The position numbers and the translations under genes were made by a program. From the IMG/VR virus record IMGVR_UViG_3300033129_000175, positions 1 to 38,407 of that record: a stretch of DNA of 38,407 bases; one strand, 5' to 3'. The DNA is from a virus. Lineage: Duplodnaviria > Caudoviricetes. The notes beneath the pieces are model-generated. The model did no database searches, was not told the origin of the DNA, and was given only the letters and a program-made list of their open reading frames with translations. The first letter of the stretch is position 1, and each line of letters begins with the position of its first letter. Below are positions 7,683-16,649 of this stretch, in pieces.

Positions 7683-8111
7683 ATGAGATCACTACCTCTT
7701 ACCATCCGCGAAGTAAAGGCCACCGAGGCCACGCTTAACCGCATCTACGACGCAGCCAAGCTCGGCCTTAAAGGCGACTCGCTGGCGCTGGCTGCCGGAA
7801 TGCTACCTGCCGAGTACCGTCAGCTGTGTGTGCTGGACCCTGTCGCAGAGATGGCGGCGCAAAAAGGCAAAGCCGATGGCGAGCAAGAGCTTTCAACGGT
7901 TTTGCACAAGGCGGCGTTGGAAGGCGACGCTAAAGCGGCGCTTGAGATCTTGAAGCACCAGCACGGCTGGGTGGCCAAGCAGGCCATCACGGTGGATGTC
8001 GAGCAGCGCATCAGCATCACTGGTGCACTGGCCGAAGCCGCCAAGCGCACCCAAGACATCATCGACATCACGCCGACTGAGCCTCGACTGGCGCCACATA
8101 AAGTACAGTAA
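7683..8111 (+). CDS. terS: Terminase small subunit
   Basis: Directly upstream of and coupled to terL; size and helical character fit; GDAKAALEILKHQHGW motif. Confidence 0.75.
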   Translation: MRSLPLTIREVKATEATLNRIYDAAKLGLKGDSLALAAGMLPAEYRQLCVLDPVAEMAAQKGKADGEQELSTVLHKAALEGDAKAALEILKHQHGWVAKQAITVDVEQRISITGALAEAAKRTQDIIDITPTEPRLAPHKVQ

Positions 8112-9637
8112 TGCAGACCACCATCTACTCGGCCGAAGACGAACAAGAGTTGATGTCCAGGCTCTGGGCACCAGCAATCAAAGACAACCCTTTGGCGTTC
8201 GTCATGTTCACGTTCCCGTGGGGGCAACCAGGCACGCCGCTAGAGCATTTCAGCGGGCCGCGCAAATGGCAGCGCGAGGTGCTCCAATCGATTGCGGACC
8301 ACATCAAAGAGAACAAAGGCAAGGTGGACTTCGACACCCTGCGCCACGCGGTCAGCTCCGGCCGCGGTATCGGCAAGTCCGCACTGGTCAGCTGGATCGT
8401 GATCTGGATGCTGACCACTCGCATTGGCTCGACAACCATCGTGTCGGCTAACAGTGAGTCACAGCTCAGAAGCATCACATGGGCCGAGATCACTAAGTGG
8501 CTGGCCATGAGCCTCAACTCGCACTGGTTCGAGGTCAGCGCAACCAGACTGATGCCAGCCAAGTGGCTGACCGAGCTGGTCGAGCGCGACCTGAAGAAAG
8601 GCACTCGCTACTGGGGCGTTGAGGGTCGGCTGTGGTCGGAAGAGAACCCTGACGCTTACGCGGGTGTGCACAACTTCGACGGCGTGATGGTGATCTTTGA
8701 CGAAGCATCAGGCATTGCAGACGCAATCTGGGCGGTGACGGCCGGCTTTTTTACGGAGAACACACCAAACCGCTTTTGGCTGGCGTTCTCCAACCCGCGG
8801 CGCAACAGCGGGTACTTCTACGAAACGTTCCACAGCAAACGGGACTTTTGGGCGACCAAGACAGTGGACGCCCGCACGGTCGAAGGCACCGACAAGCAGG
8901 TCTACCAGCAGATCATTGACGAATATGGGCCAGATTCAGCCCAAGCGCACGTTGAGGTCTACGGTGAGTTCCCGAACGCAGGGGATGATCAGTTCATTTC
9001 AAGCATGGTGGTCGACGACGCAATGAAACGGCCGCAGTACAAAGACCCGTCAGCGCCGATCGTGATCGGCGTGGACCCTGCGCGGTTCGGGGCGGACGCA
9101 ACAGTGATTGCAGTGCGGCAAGGTCGAGACATTACTCGCATCATCCGCCACCGAGGAGATGACACCATGACCGTGGTGGGTTACATCATTGAAGCCATTG
9201 AGGAGTTCAAGCCTGCAATGGTGTTCATTGACGAAGGCGGGCTAGGCGCGGGGGTCGTGGACCGGCTAAAAGAGCAACGGTACAAGATCAAAGGCGTCAA
9301 TTTTGGCTGGAAATCAAGCAATCCAGCCATGTACGGCAACAAACGTGCGGAGATCTGGGGCAAGATGCGCGATTGGCTCAAATCCGCCAGCATTCCGGCC
9401 GACCGGTTCTTGAAAACCGACCTCATCTCGCCTATGATGAAGCCAGACTCCAAGGGTTCGATCTTTTTGGAGTCGAAAAAAGACATGAAAGCACGGGGAG
9501 TAGCCTCTCCAGACGCTGCGGATGCTATTGCGCTGACGTTCGCCTACCCTGTGGCCTCGCGGGAGTACAATCCCCGCACAGAACGCCGTGTAGTCACTGA
9601 GCGCGGTGCGGTATCAACTGGATGGATGGGGTCATGA
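8111..9637 (+). CDS. terL: Terminase large subunit
   Basis: Walker A SGRGIGKS, Walker B VIFDEAS, SNP coupling motif, nuclease GVDPARFG.D and SPDAADA. Confidence 0.95.
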   Translation: MQTTIYSAEDEQELMSRLWAPAIKDNPLAFVMFTFPWGQPGTPLEHFSGPRKWQREVLQSIADHIKENKGKVDFDTLRHAVSSGRGIGKSALVSWIVIWMLTTRIGSTTIVSANSESQLRSITWAEITKWLAMSLNSHWFEVSATRLMPAKWLTELVERDLKKGTRYWGVEGRLWSEENPDAYAGVHNFDGVMVIFDEASGIADAIWAVTAGFFTENTPNRFWLAFSNPRRNSGYFYETFHSKRDFWATKTVDARTVEGTDKQVYQQIIDEYGPDSAQAHVEVYGEFPNAGDDQFISSMVVDDAMKRPQYKDPSAPIVIGVDPARFGADATVIAVRQGRDITRIIRHRGDDTMTVVGYIIEAIEEFKPAMVFIDEGGLGAGVVDRLKEQRYKIKGVNFGWKSSNPAMYGNKRAEIWGKMRDWLKSASIPADRFLKTDLISPMMKPDSKGSIFLESKKDMKARGVASPDAADAIALTFAYPVASREYNPRTERRVVTERGAVSTGWMGS

Positions 9638-9638
9638 C

Positions 9639-9788
9639 ATGCCGCTGAAAAAATCTGCATCTCCTAAAGCATTCAGCGCCAACGTGAAAGCCGAAGTCAA
9701 AGCTGGCAAACCTGTCAAACAAGCTGTGGCCATCGCATATTCCGTTAAGCGTGAAGCCCAAAAACCAGCCCCAAAAGGCAAAAAATGA
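9639..9788 (+). CDS. Small basic protein (MPLKKS...KQAVAIAYS)
   Basis: Lys-rich 49 aa; the KQAVAIA motif is common in phage head operons. Confidence 0.75.
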   Translation: MPLKKSASPKAFSANVKAEVKAGKPVKQAVAIAYSVKREAQKPAPKGKK

Positions 9789-10027
9789 CTCTCAAAGCAA
9801 TGCAGAACTGCCTCATCATCGAGGTGGATGTCGAAAAACACGCGATGTTCGAGCTACTTTCGACAGAAAAGCAGGAAACGGGTATAGTCGTGTCCGCTGG
9901 CCCTGATTGCAAGGAACTGAAGGTCGGGGATCATCTTTATTTTGGCGTGGGGCAAGAATTTACGTTCGACAAGAAACAATATGTCGTCATGCGCGAACCT
10001 CACGTACTAGGAGTCTTGAATGGCTGA
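9785..10027 (+). CDS. groES: GroES/Cpn10-like co-chaperonin
   Basis: LKAMQNCLII...GIVVSAGP...LKVGDHLYF...YVVMREPHVLGVL aligns with the Cpn10 consensus (G.VVAVG, VKVGD.V, Y..M.E.DIL). Confidence 0.8.
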   Translation: MTLKAMQNCLIIEVDVEKHAMFELLSTEKQETGIVVSAGPDCKELKVGDHLYFGVGQEFTFDKKQYVVMREPHVLGVLNG

Positions 10028-12203
10028 CCCAACTGGCATGGTTGCTGCGGCTAACGTAGCAGCCGGTGGCAAACCCGCAAAATCCGACTCAGACATCCTG
10101 ACAGTCGCCCGTGCCCGCCTTGATATGGCGGTTGCCGCGCTCATGGAGTCCCGCGAGGATGAGATCGACGACCTGCGGTTCTACGCCGGTTCGCCCGACA
10201 ATTCGTGGCAATGGCCTGCCGATGTGCTGGCCACCCGTGGTGCGGTCCAAGGTCAAACCATCAACGCCCGCCCCACGCTGACCATCAACAAGTTGCCCCA
10301 GCATGTGCGTCAGGTGACCAACGATCAGCGTCAAAATCGCCCAGGTGCCAAGGTCATCCCCGTGGATGACAACGCCGATGTGCAGGTGGCCGAGGTGTTC
10401 AACGGCATGATCCGCCACATCGAGTACATCTCGGACGCTGATGTGGCCTACGACACTGCTTGCGAGAACCAAGTGGCCTACGGCGAAGGCTACATCCGCC
10501 TGCTGACCGAGTATTGCGACGACAACACGTTCGATCAGGACATCAAGATCGGTCGCATCCGCAACAGCTTCTCCGTCTACATGGACCCGCTGATCCAAGA
10601 CCCCACTGGCGCAGATGCCAAGTGGTGCTTCATCACCGAGGATGTGACCAAGGCGGAATATGAGCGCATGTACCCCGATTCCACCCCAATCACGACCCTT
10701 CAGTCGTTGGGTGTGGGTGATCAGTCGATCAGCAACTGGCTGAACGAGGACACCGTCCGAATCGCGGACTACTACTACATCGACTACGACAAAGCCACGC
10801 TGAATTTGTACCCTGGCAATGCAACAGCGTTTGAGGGCACCCCTGAAGACAAGGAACTGCGTGCCGTGTACGGCAAACCCAAGCGTAACCGTGTGTCCGA
10901 GCGTCCGAAGGTCAAGTATTGCAAGATCAACGGCTACGAGATCCTTGAGGAACGCGAGTGGGCGGGCAAGTGGATTCCGGTGATCCGCATTGTCGGCAAT
11001 GAGTTCGAGGTCGATGGCCGTTTGTACGTGTCGGGCTTGGTGCGCAACGCCAAAGATGCCCAACGCATGTACAACTACTGGGTGTCCCAAGAAGCCGAGA
11101 TGCTGGCGCTGGCCCCCAAGGCTCCGTTCATCGGCTACGGTGGCCAGTTTGAGGGCTACGAGGACAAGTGGAAGACCGCCAACACGAACAACTGGCCCTA
11201 TTTGGAGGTCAACCCTGACGTTACAGACGGTCAAGGCTCCATCTTGCCACTGCCACAGCGGGCACAGCCTCCAATGGCTTCCAGCGGCTTGTTGCAGGCC
11301 AAATCGGGTGCTGCCGAGGACATCAAGGCGACCACCGGTCAGTACAACGCCTCGCTGGGCATGGGTTCCAACGAGCGTTCTGGCAAGGCCATCTTGGCCC
11401 GCCAAAAAGAAGGCGATGTGGGCACGTACCATTATGGTGACAACTTGGCCCGTGGTGTGCGTCACATTGCCCGTCAACTGATCGACCTGATCCCCAAGAT
11501 CTACGACACCCAGCGTATCGCTCGGATCATCGGTGAAGATGGCGAGACAAAGATGGTCAAGATCAACCCTGACCAGACCCAGCCGGTCAACGAGATCCAA
11601 GACGAGCGCGGCATTGTGATCGAGAAGATCTACAACCCTGGCGTTGGCAAATACGATGTTGTCGCTGTGACCGGCCCAGGCTACGCCACCAAGCGCCAAG
11701 AGGCACTCGAAGCTATGGCTCAGTTGTTGCAGGGCAACCCTGACCTGTGGAAAGTGGCCGGTGACTTGTTCGTCAAGAACATGGATTGGCCAGGCGCTCA
11801 GGAGATGTCCAAGCGGTTTGCCAAGACCATTGACCCCAAAATCATGTCCGATGACGACAAGTCACCCGCGCTGCAAGCTGCCGAGATGCAAATGCAAGCC
11901 ATGGCGCAGGAAATGGAGCAGATGCACCAGATGATCCAAAACGTCAACAAGTCCATTGAGATGCGGGACTTGGAGCGCAAGGATTACGAGGCGCAAATCA
12001 AGGCGTATCAGGCCGAAACACAGCGGATTTCCGCTACTCAGGCCGGTATGAACGAGCAGCAGATCCAAGACATTGCCATGGGCGTGGTGGCCGCTGCCAT
12101 GGAGTCCAACGGTCAACTGAACGGCATCCCTGAGATGCCAGAGCAGCAGATGGACATTGGGATGGAGCAACAACCCATGCCCCCTGAAGGAGCAATGCAA
12201 TGA
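10020..12203 (+). CDS. Portal protein (P22 gp1-like)
   Basis: 727 aa; RPTLTINKL, G.G.IR, GLVRNAKDAQR.YN, SGKAILARQ; Gln/Met-rich C-terminal barrel coil. Confidence 0.92.
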   Translation: MADPTGMVAAANVAAGGKPAKSDSDILTVARARLDMAVAALMESREDEIDDLRFYAGSPDNSWQWPADVLATRGAVQGQTINARPTLTINKLPQHVRQVTNDQRQNRPGAKVIPVDDNADVQVAEVFNGMIRHIEYISDADVAYDTACENQVAYGEGYIRLLTEYCDDNTFDQDIKIGRIRNSFSVYMDPLIQDPTGADAKWCFITEDVTKAEYERMYPDSTPITTLQSLGVGDQSISNWLNEDTVRIADYYYIDYDKATLNLYPGNATAFEGTPEDKELRAVYGKPKRNRVSERPKVKYCKINGYEILEEREWAGKWIPVIRIVGNEFEVDGRLYVSGLVRNAKDAQRMYNYWVSQEAEMLALAPKAPFIGYGGQFEGYEDKWKTANTNNWPYLEVNPDVTDGQGSILPLPQRAQPPMASSGLLQAKSGAAEDIKATTGQYNASLGMGSNERSGKAILARQKEGDVGTYHYGDNLARGVRHIARQLIDLIPKIYDTQRIARIIGEDGETKMVKINPDQTQPVNEIQDERGIVIEKIYNPGVGKYDVVAVTGPGYATKRQEALEAMAQLLQGNPDLWKVAGDLFVKNMDWPGAQEMSKRFAKTIDPKIMSDDDKSPALQAAEMQMQAMAQEMEQMHQMIQNVNKSIEMRDLERKDYEAQIKAYQAETQRISATQAGMNEQQIQDIAMGVVAAAMESNGQLNGIPEMPEQQMDIGMEQQPMPPEGAMQ

Positions 12204-12562
12204 ACGCAGCACAACTGATGGGTCTGCTGTTTTTGGGCCGCAATGTGGCCCATTCAGTGCATCTGAACACCCGCAGCTATGCCAAACATGTGGCCCTGAA
12301 CACGTTTTACGACAGTGTCATTGACCATGCGGATGCCTTTGCCGAGGCGTATCAGGGCCGTCATGGTCTGATTGGTCCGATTGCCATTCCTGCGGCCAAG
12401 AAGACCACCAACATCATCGAGTTCTTGCAAGACCAACTTGCCGAGATCGAAAAAGGCCGTTACGATGTTTGTGACAAGGCCGACTCGTCGTTACAGCAAT
12501 TGATCGATAATATCGTCGAGCTGTACCTCACAACTTTGTACAAATTGCGCTTCCTCGCATAA
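12200..12562 (+). CDS. Ferritin/Dps-like four-helix protein (DUF5856-like)
   Basis: HSVHLNTRSYAKHVALNTFYD...DAFAEAYQG...LYKLRFL resembles Dps ferroxidase-type H/D/E spacing. Confidence 0.65.
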   Translation: MNAAQLMGLLFLGRNVAHSVHLNTRSYAKHVALNTFYDSVIDHADAFAEAYQGRHGLIGPIAIPAAKKTTNIIEFLQDQLAEIEKGRYDVCDKADSSLQQLIDNIVELYLTTLYKLRFLA

Positions 12563-12571
12563 GGATAGATC

Positions 12572-12874
12572 ATGGAATTTCTCAATCCTCTGGCCGCTGC
12601 CAACTTTCCCGCCCGCACCGTGGCATTCACCGGCACCGCTGGCTCCACTGGCACATGGCCTGCTGGCCCACAGGGTGTTGTGGTCTGGTCCGATGCCGCC
12701 TGCTACGTGGTTGTTGGTGAGGGCGTGACAGCCACCACTTCGGACACCCCGATCCCTCCCTTTACGCCGATTCCCTTCAAAGTGCCTCAGGGCGGCGGTG
12801 GTGTGTGGCGCGTGAGCGCAATCCAGATTTCTGCTGGCGGCAACCTGTACGCCAAGCCAATCAACATTCAGTAA
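12572..12874 (+). CDS. Small beta-rich putative virion protein
   Basis: ORF with RBS agga in the structural operon. Confidence 0.7.
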   Translation: MEFLNPLAAANFPARTVAFTGTAGSTGTWPAGPQGVVVWSDAACYVVVGEGVTATTSDTPIPPFTPIPFKVPQGGGGVWRVSAIQISAGGNLYAKPINIQ

Positions 12875-12892
12875 TCCACCGAAGGGTCGGGC

Positions 12893-14995
12893 ATGAGCTA
12901 TTTTGGAGTTTCCCTGCGAAACGGTGTCGGCCTTGGTCTGGGGACAGTGCCATCGCTGACCAACACCCCGCTGAGTTACCGCTTGGCCCCTTCACTGGAT
13001 CTGTCGTTCGCTGGCTCTGATGCGCTGAGTCCAGCCATCACCTTCAGCCGTACCACCAACGCCACGCTGACGAACTCGGCTGGTTTGGTTGCTTATGCGC
13101 CGCATAACCTGCTGACGTATTCGGAGCAGTTTGACAATGCGGCGTGGAACGTGCGCTGGGGTGGGGCTGGCGCCATTACAGCAAATGATGCAACGTTTTT
13201 AGCACCAAATGGAACGCAAACGGTCGATAAAAGCACCGCAACTGTTGGAGGTGCTGGTGTTGGTCAAGCGGTCACGTTGACTGCTGGCGTTACCTATACG
13301 CTTTCATGTTGGGTAAACACGTCATCAAACACCGCACCTTTGCAGATCGCTACAAGCAGTACTGGTGGCGGCGTTGTAGCAAGCGTCACCATTCCCGTTA
13401 GTAGCACATTGAATCGTTATTCTCTCACTTACACACCATCAACAACTCAAACGTATTACGTTGGTGTGGGCAACTCTGTGGCTGGACAAACCATCTACAT
13501 CTGGGGCGCTCAACTGGAACAGTCCAGCACAGCCTCAACGTACAACAGCACCACGGTCAAGAACCTGCTCGGCTACACCGAGAACTTTGACAATGCTGCG
13601 TGGACTAAGAGCAATGCCTCAATCACCAGCGGGTTCACCGACATTTACGGTCAACCGTTTGCTCAGAGTATTACAGCAACTTTGGCTAATGCGACCGTAT
13701 TGTCCTCGTACACCGCAGTTGCATCAACACCATACACATTCAGCGTGTATCTACAGCGTGTATCAGGAACAGGCAACGTGGACATTTCTGTTGACGGTAC
13801 GACATGGGTTACGCAGACTCTGACCACCACGTTGCAAAGATTCACTGTGACAGGCACGCTTACAGCGGGTGCAAAAACACCCGGAATTCGCGTTGTATCC
13901 TCTGGCGATGTAGTGATTGCTTTTGGTGCTCAGTTGTCCGACTCGGCCTCAGTTGATCCCTACGTCTACCAGCCTGTGGCGGCTCCAAGCTCTGTGGCCT
14001 ACTACGGCCCACGGTTTGACTATGACCCCGTGACGCTTCAGCCCAAGGGCTTGCTGATCGAAGAGCAGCGGACGAACTTGGTGTTGCAAAGCGGTGACCT
14101 GTCCAACGCAGCATGGGCCACCAAGAGTGGAACATTTACGGCCAACGCCGCAGTTGCCCCAGACGGAACGACCACTGCAACTTCTTGCGTGGCTACCAGC
14201 AGTGACCCGTATGTGTACCAGTCGGTGACTCTAGCTGCCACCACTTACACAATGTCCGTGTGGATCAAGGGAACGGGTGTTTCCGTAGGTAAGACAGGTA
14301 CGATTCGCTCGGGAGCTAACGTGTCTCCGGCCATCACCATCACGAATGCGTGGCAACGAATCACCTACACCTTTACTGCAACTGCTGGAGCCGTGAACTG
14401 TGGCTTTGAGTTCCCCGATGGGAGCACTACGGCAACAGGTGACACTGTTTACTACTGGGGCGCTCAACTGGAAGCCGGTGCATTTGCTACCAGCTACATC
14501 CCAACAGTCGCCTCCCAAGTGACTCGGGCTGCTGACAGCGCCAGCATGATCGGGAATAACTTTGCTCGGTGGTATAACGTAAATGCTGGCTCTTTGTTTA
14601 TCCAGTTTCAATTAATTTCTGGTAACGTGGCTGGCAACAACGCAAACATTGTAGCGTTTGAAGGCGCAGCCGGTGCAAACATGACACTGCATCGTGATTC
14701 TGCTGCTGGTTGGCGGTATCGCACCAACTTGGCAAACCTGAACGTTACCGGTGTTTTCGATGTGGCGTCCAACAAAACAGTTTTTGCTTACGCCACCTCC
14801 GACTACCCATTTGATGCAGCAGGAGGCGCTGTTCAACTTAACACTGGTGTTGGTGCACCTCCTGTGACAACCTCGCTCTTGATTGGCGCTGGAAGCAATT
14901 ACGCAGCGGCAAAACCGATCAACGGCACCATTTCCCGCATCGCCTATTACCCCAAGCGCCTGAGCAACACTGAACTCCAAGGGATCACAGCATGA
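12893..14995 (+). CDS. Virion fiber/spike protein with three repeated carbohydrate-binding-like modules
   Basis: TFSRTTNAT head; three NLL..S..F/L.NAAW...(W/F)GAQL modules; GLLIEEQRTN; ATSYIPT...TRAAD; LamG-like end (I.RIAYYPKRLSNTELQ). Confidence 0.7.
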   Translation: MSYFGVSLRNGVGLGLGTVPSLTNTPLSYRLAPSLDLSFAGSDALSPAITFSRTTNATLTNSAGLVAYAPHNLLTYSEQFDNAAWNVRWGGAGAITANDATFLAPNGTQTVDKSTATVGGAGVGQAVTLTAGVTYTLSCWVNTSSNTAPLQIATSSTGGGVVASVTIPVSSTLNRYSLTYTPSTTQTYYVGVGNSVAGQTIYIWGAQLEQSSTASTYNSTTVKNLLGYTENFDNAAWTKSNASITSGFTDIYGQPFAQSITATLANATVLSSYTAVASTPYTFSVYLQRVSGTGNVDISVDGTTWVTQTLTTTLQRFTVTGTLTAGAKTPGIRVVSSGDVVIAFGAQLSDSASVDPYVYQPVAAPSSVAYYGPRFDYDPVTLQPKGLLIEEQRTNLVLQSGDLSNAAWATKSGTFTANAAVAPDGTTTATSCVATSSDPYVYQSVTLAATTYTMSVWIKGTGVSVGKTGTIRSGANVSPAITITNAWQRITYTFTATAGAVNCGFEFPDGSTTATGDTVYYWGAQLEAGAFATSYIPTVASQVTRAADSASMIGNNFARWYNVNAGSLFIQFQLISGNVAGNNANIVAFEGAAGANMTLHRDSAAGWRYRTNLANLNVTGVFDVASNKTVFAYATSDYPFDAAGGAVQLNTGVGAPPVTTSLLIGAGSNYAAAKPINGTISRIAYYPKRLSNTELQGITA

Positions 14996-15222
14996 CCGAT
15001 GAAACGATCAATGACCTGCCCTACGGTGATCTGTACCTGAAGTTTGCCGATGAAGCTGAGGCCGCAGCCGCCCTTGTCGGGTATGAGAGTAGCGTTGACG
15101 TTTTGGGTGTGGTTGACGGCTACGAGGGCTACCTTGTGAACACCCGTGGCCCGATCACCCCAGAACTGCAACTTTTTGCCGTGGAACCACCACCTGTCAA
15201 ACCAATCAGAATTTGGGCATAA
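14992..15222 (+). CDS. Small acidic protein coupled to the fiber gene (possible chaperone)
   Basis: ATGA overlap; DLYLKFADEAEA. Confidence 0.65.
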   Translation: MTDETINDLPYGDLYLKFADEAEAAAALVGYESSVDVLGVVDGYEGYLVNTRGPITPELQLFAVEPPPVKPIRIWA

Positions 15223-15274
15223 TGCTCACAAAACTGTATCGGCCCAGTAGACCGAGGAATCTCAGGATTCATAA

Positions 15275-16066
15275 ATGACTGAAGAAGTCCAAGCCTTAGC
15301 GGAAGTTGACTCCGCGCCAGCAACAGCGGTGACGGCCACCACTGAAGCGACAGAAAATGCGCCGGAAGTCGTCGAGAATCAACCCGAACAGGTCGAGGAG
15401 AAGAAATACTCCCAGGCTGAAATCGATGCGATGATCGGCAAGCGCCTCGCAAGAGAGCAACGTAAGTGGGAACGAGAACAGCAACAACGTGCTGCGGAAA
15501 CGCAGATCGTCAAAGCTCCTTCGGCAACTTCTGCTGACCAGTTTGAAAGCCCTGAAGCCTATGCGGAAGCACTGGCCTATCAGAAGGCCGAAGAACTGAT
15601 CGCCAAGCGTGAAGCCGCCAAGCAGCAATCTGCCGTACTCGAAAGCTATCAGGAACGTGAAGAAGCAGCACGGGACAAGTATGATGACTTCGAGCAAGTC
15701 GCCTACAACCCCAAGCTCCCAATCACCAACGTGATGGCCGAAACGATCCAGTCTTCGGACATTGGCCCCGAGTTGGCTTACTACCTCGGCTCCAACCCCA
15801 AAGACGCAGAACGTATCTCACGCATGTCGCCACTCGCTCAGGCGAAGGAAATCGGGAAGATCGAAGCCAAATTGGCCGCTGAACCTCCCGTGAAACGCAC
15901 AACGTCAGCGCCTGCGCCGATTTCACCTGTTACTGCACGCTCCACTGGAGTTGGCACCTATGACACCACGGACCCACGGTCTACCAAGACCATGACGGAT
16001 TCGCAGTGGATTGAGGCCGAACGTGCAAGGCAGATGAAGAAGCTGCAAGCAATGGCAAACCGCTAA
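15275..16066 (+). CDS. Capsid scaffolding protein
   Basis: Acidic, coiled-coil, upstream of the coat gene; GPELAYYLG.NP..AERI, EIGKIEAKL, APAPISPV. Confidence 0.85.
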   Translation: MTEEVQALAEVDSAPATAVTATTEATENAPEVVENQPEQVEEKKYSQAEIDAMIGKRLAREQRKWEREQQQRAAETQIVKAPSATSADQFESPEAYAEALAYQKAEELIAKREAAKQQSAVLESYQEREEAARDKYDDFEQVAYNPKLPITNVMAETIQSSDIGPELAYYLGSNPKDAERISRMSPLAQAKEIGKIEAKLAAEPPVKRTTSAPAPISPVTARSTGVGTYDTTDPRSTKTMTDSQWIEAERARQMKKLQAMANR

Positions 16067-16109
16067 TTCTCTTGAAATCGGGTATGATGATTACCCGAAA
16101 TCAGGAGAA
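16067..16109 (+). promoter_or_regulatory. Hairpin sequestering the RBS of the HNH gene
   Basis: ttctcttga/tcaggagaa outer stem and tcgggta/tacccga inner stem; the aggag RBS lies in the 3' arm. Confidence 0.65.
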
Positions 16110-16114
16110 CCAAA

Positions 16115-16630
16115 ATGGAGAGTGATAATTTAGATTTGACGGCTGAAGAACTTAAGCGGCAACGCAACAGGGAAGCAGCGGCCAGATATAGAGAGCGCAA
16201 TCGTGAACGGTTTAACCAACGTATGCGGGACTGGCGTGAAGCGAATCGGGAGAAAGACCGTGAGCATAAACGTGAGCACCGCAACCGCAAGTTAGCAAAT
16301 GGAACGCCTGAGGAAGTCGCTGCAATACGCAAGGCCGAGTCAGAGAAAACCAAACGCGCACAAGCGGTTTGCAGAGAACAAGTGTATGAAGCCTATGGTG
16401 GATACAAGTGCAACTGCTGCGGTGAAAGTCAACCGATGTTTCTATCAATTGATCACATTGACAACAACGGCGCGGAAGAACGAAAATCGGGTCAGTATGC
16501 TGGCTCGGGTTACGGTTTTTACCGATGGCTAAGGAAATCTGGATTCCCTTCAGGTTACCAAGTTCTTTGTATGAATTGCAACACTGGGAAACATAAAAAC
16601 GGTGGCGTGTGTCCTCACCAATCTTCTTGA
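16115..16630 (+). CDS. Free-standing HNH-type (homing) endonuclease
   Basis: Basic N-terminus, CNCCGE, IDHIDN, LCMNCN..K, CPH; AT-richer than its neighbours; inserted between scaffold and coat. Confidence 0.8.
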   Translation: MESDNLDLTAEELKRQRNREAAARYRERNRERFNQRMRDWREANREKDREHKREHRNRKLANGTPEEVAAIRKAESEKTKRAQAVCREQVYEAYGGYKCNCCGESQPMFLSIDHIDNNGAEERKSGQYAGSGYGFYRWLRKSGFPSGYQVLCMNCNTGKHKNGGVCPHQSS

Positions 16631-16649
16631 ACTTTGAAAGGAATTTAAT

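Noticed and set aside
16067-16649. HNH gene as part of a group I intron
   Set aside because: The scaffold ends with its own stop and the coat has its own RBS and start; the flanks are too short for an intron core.
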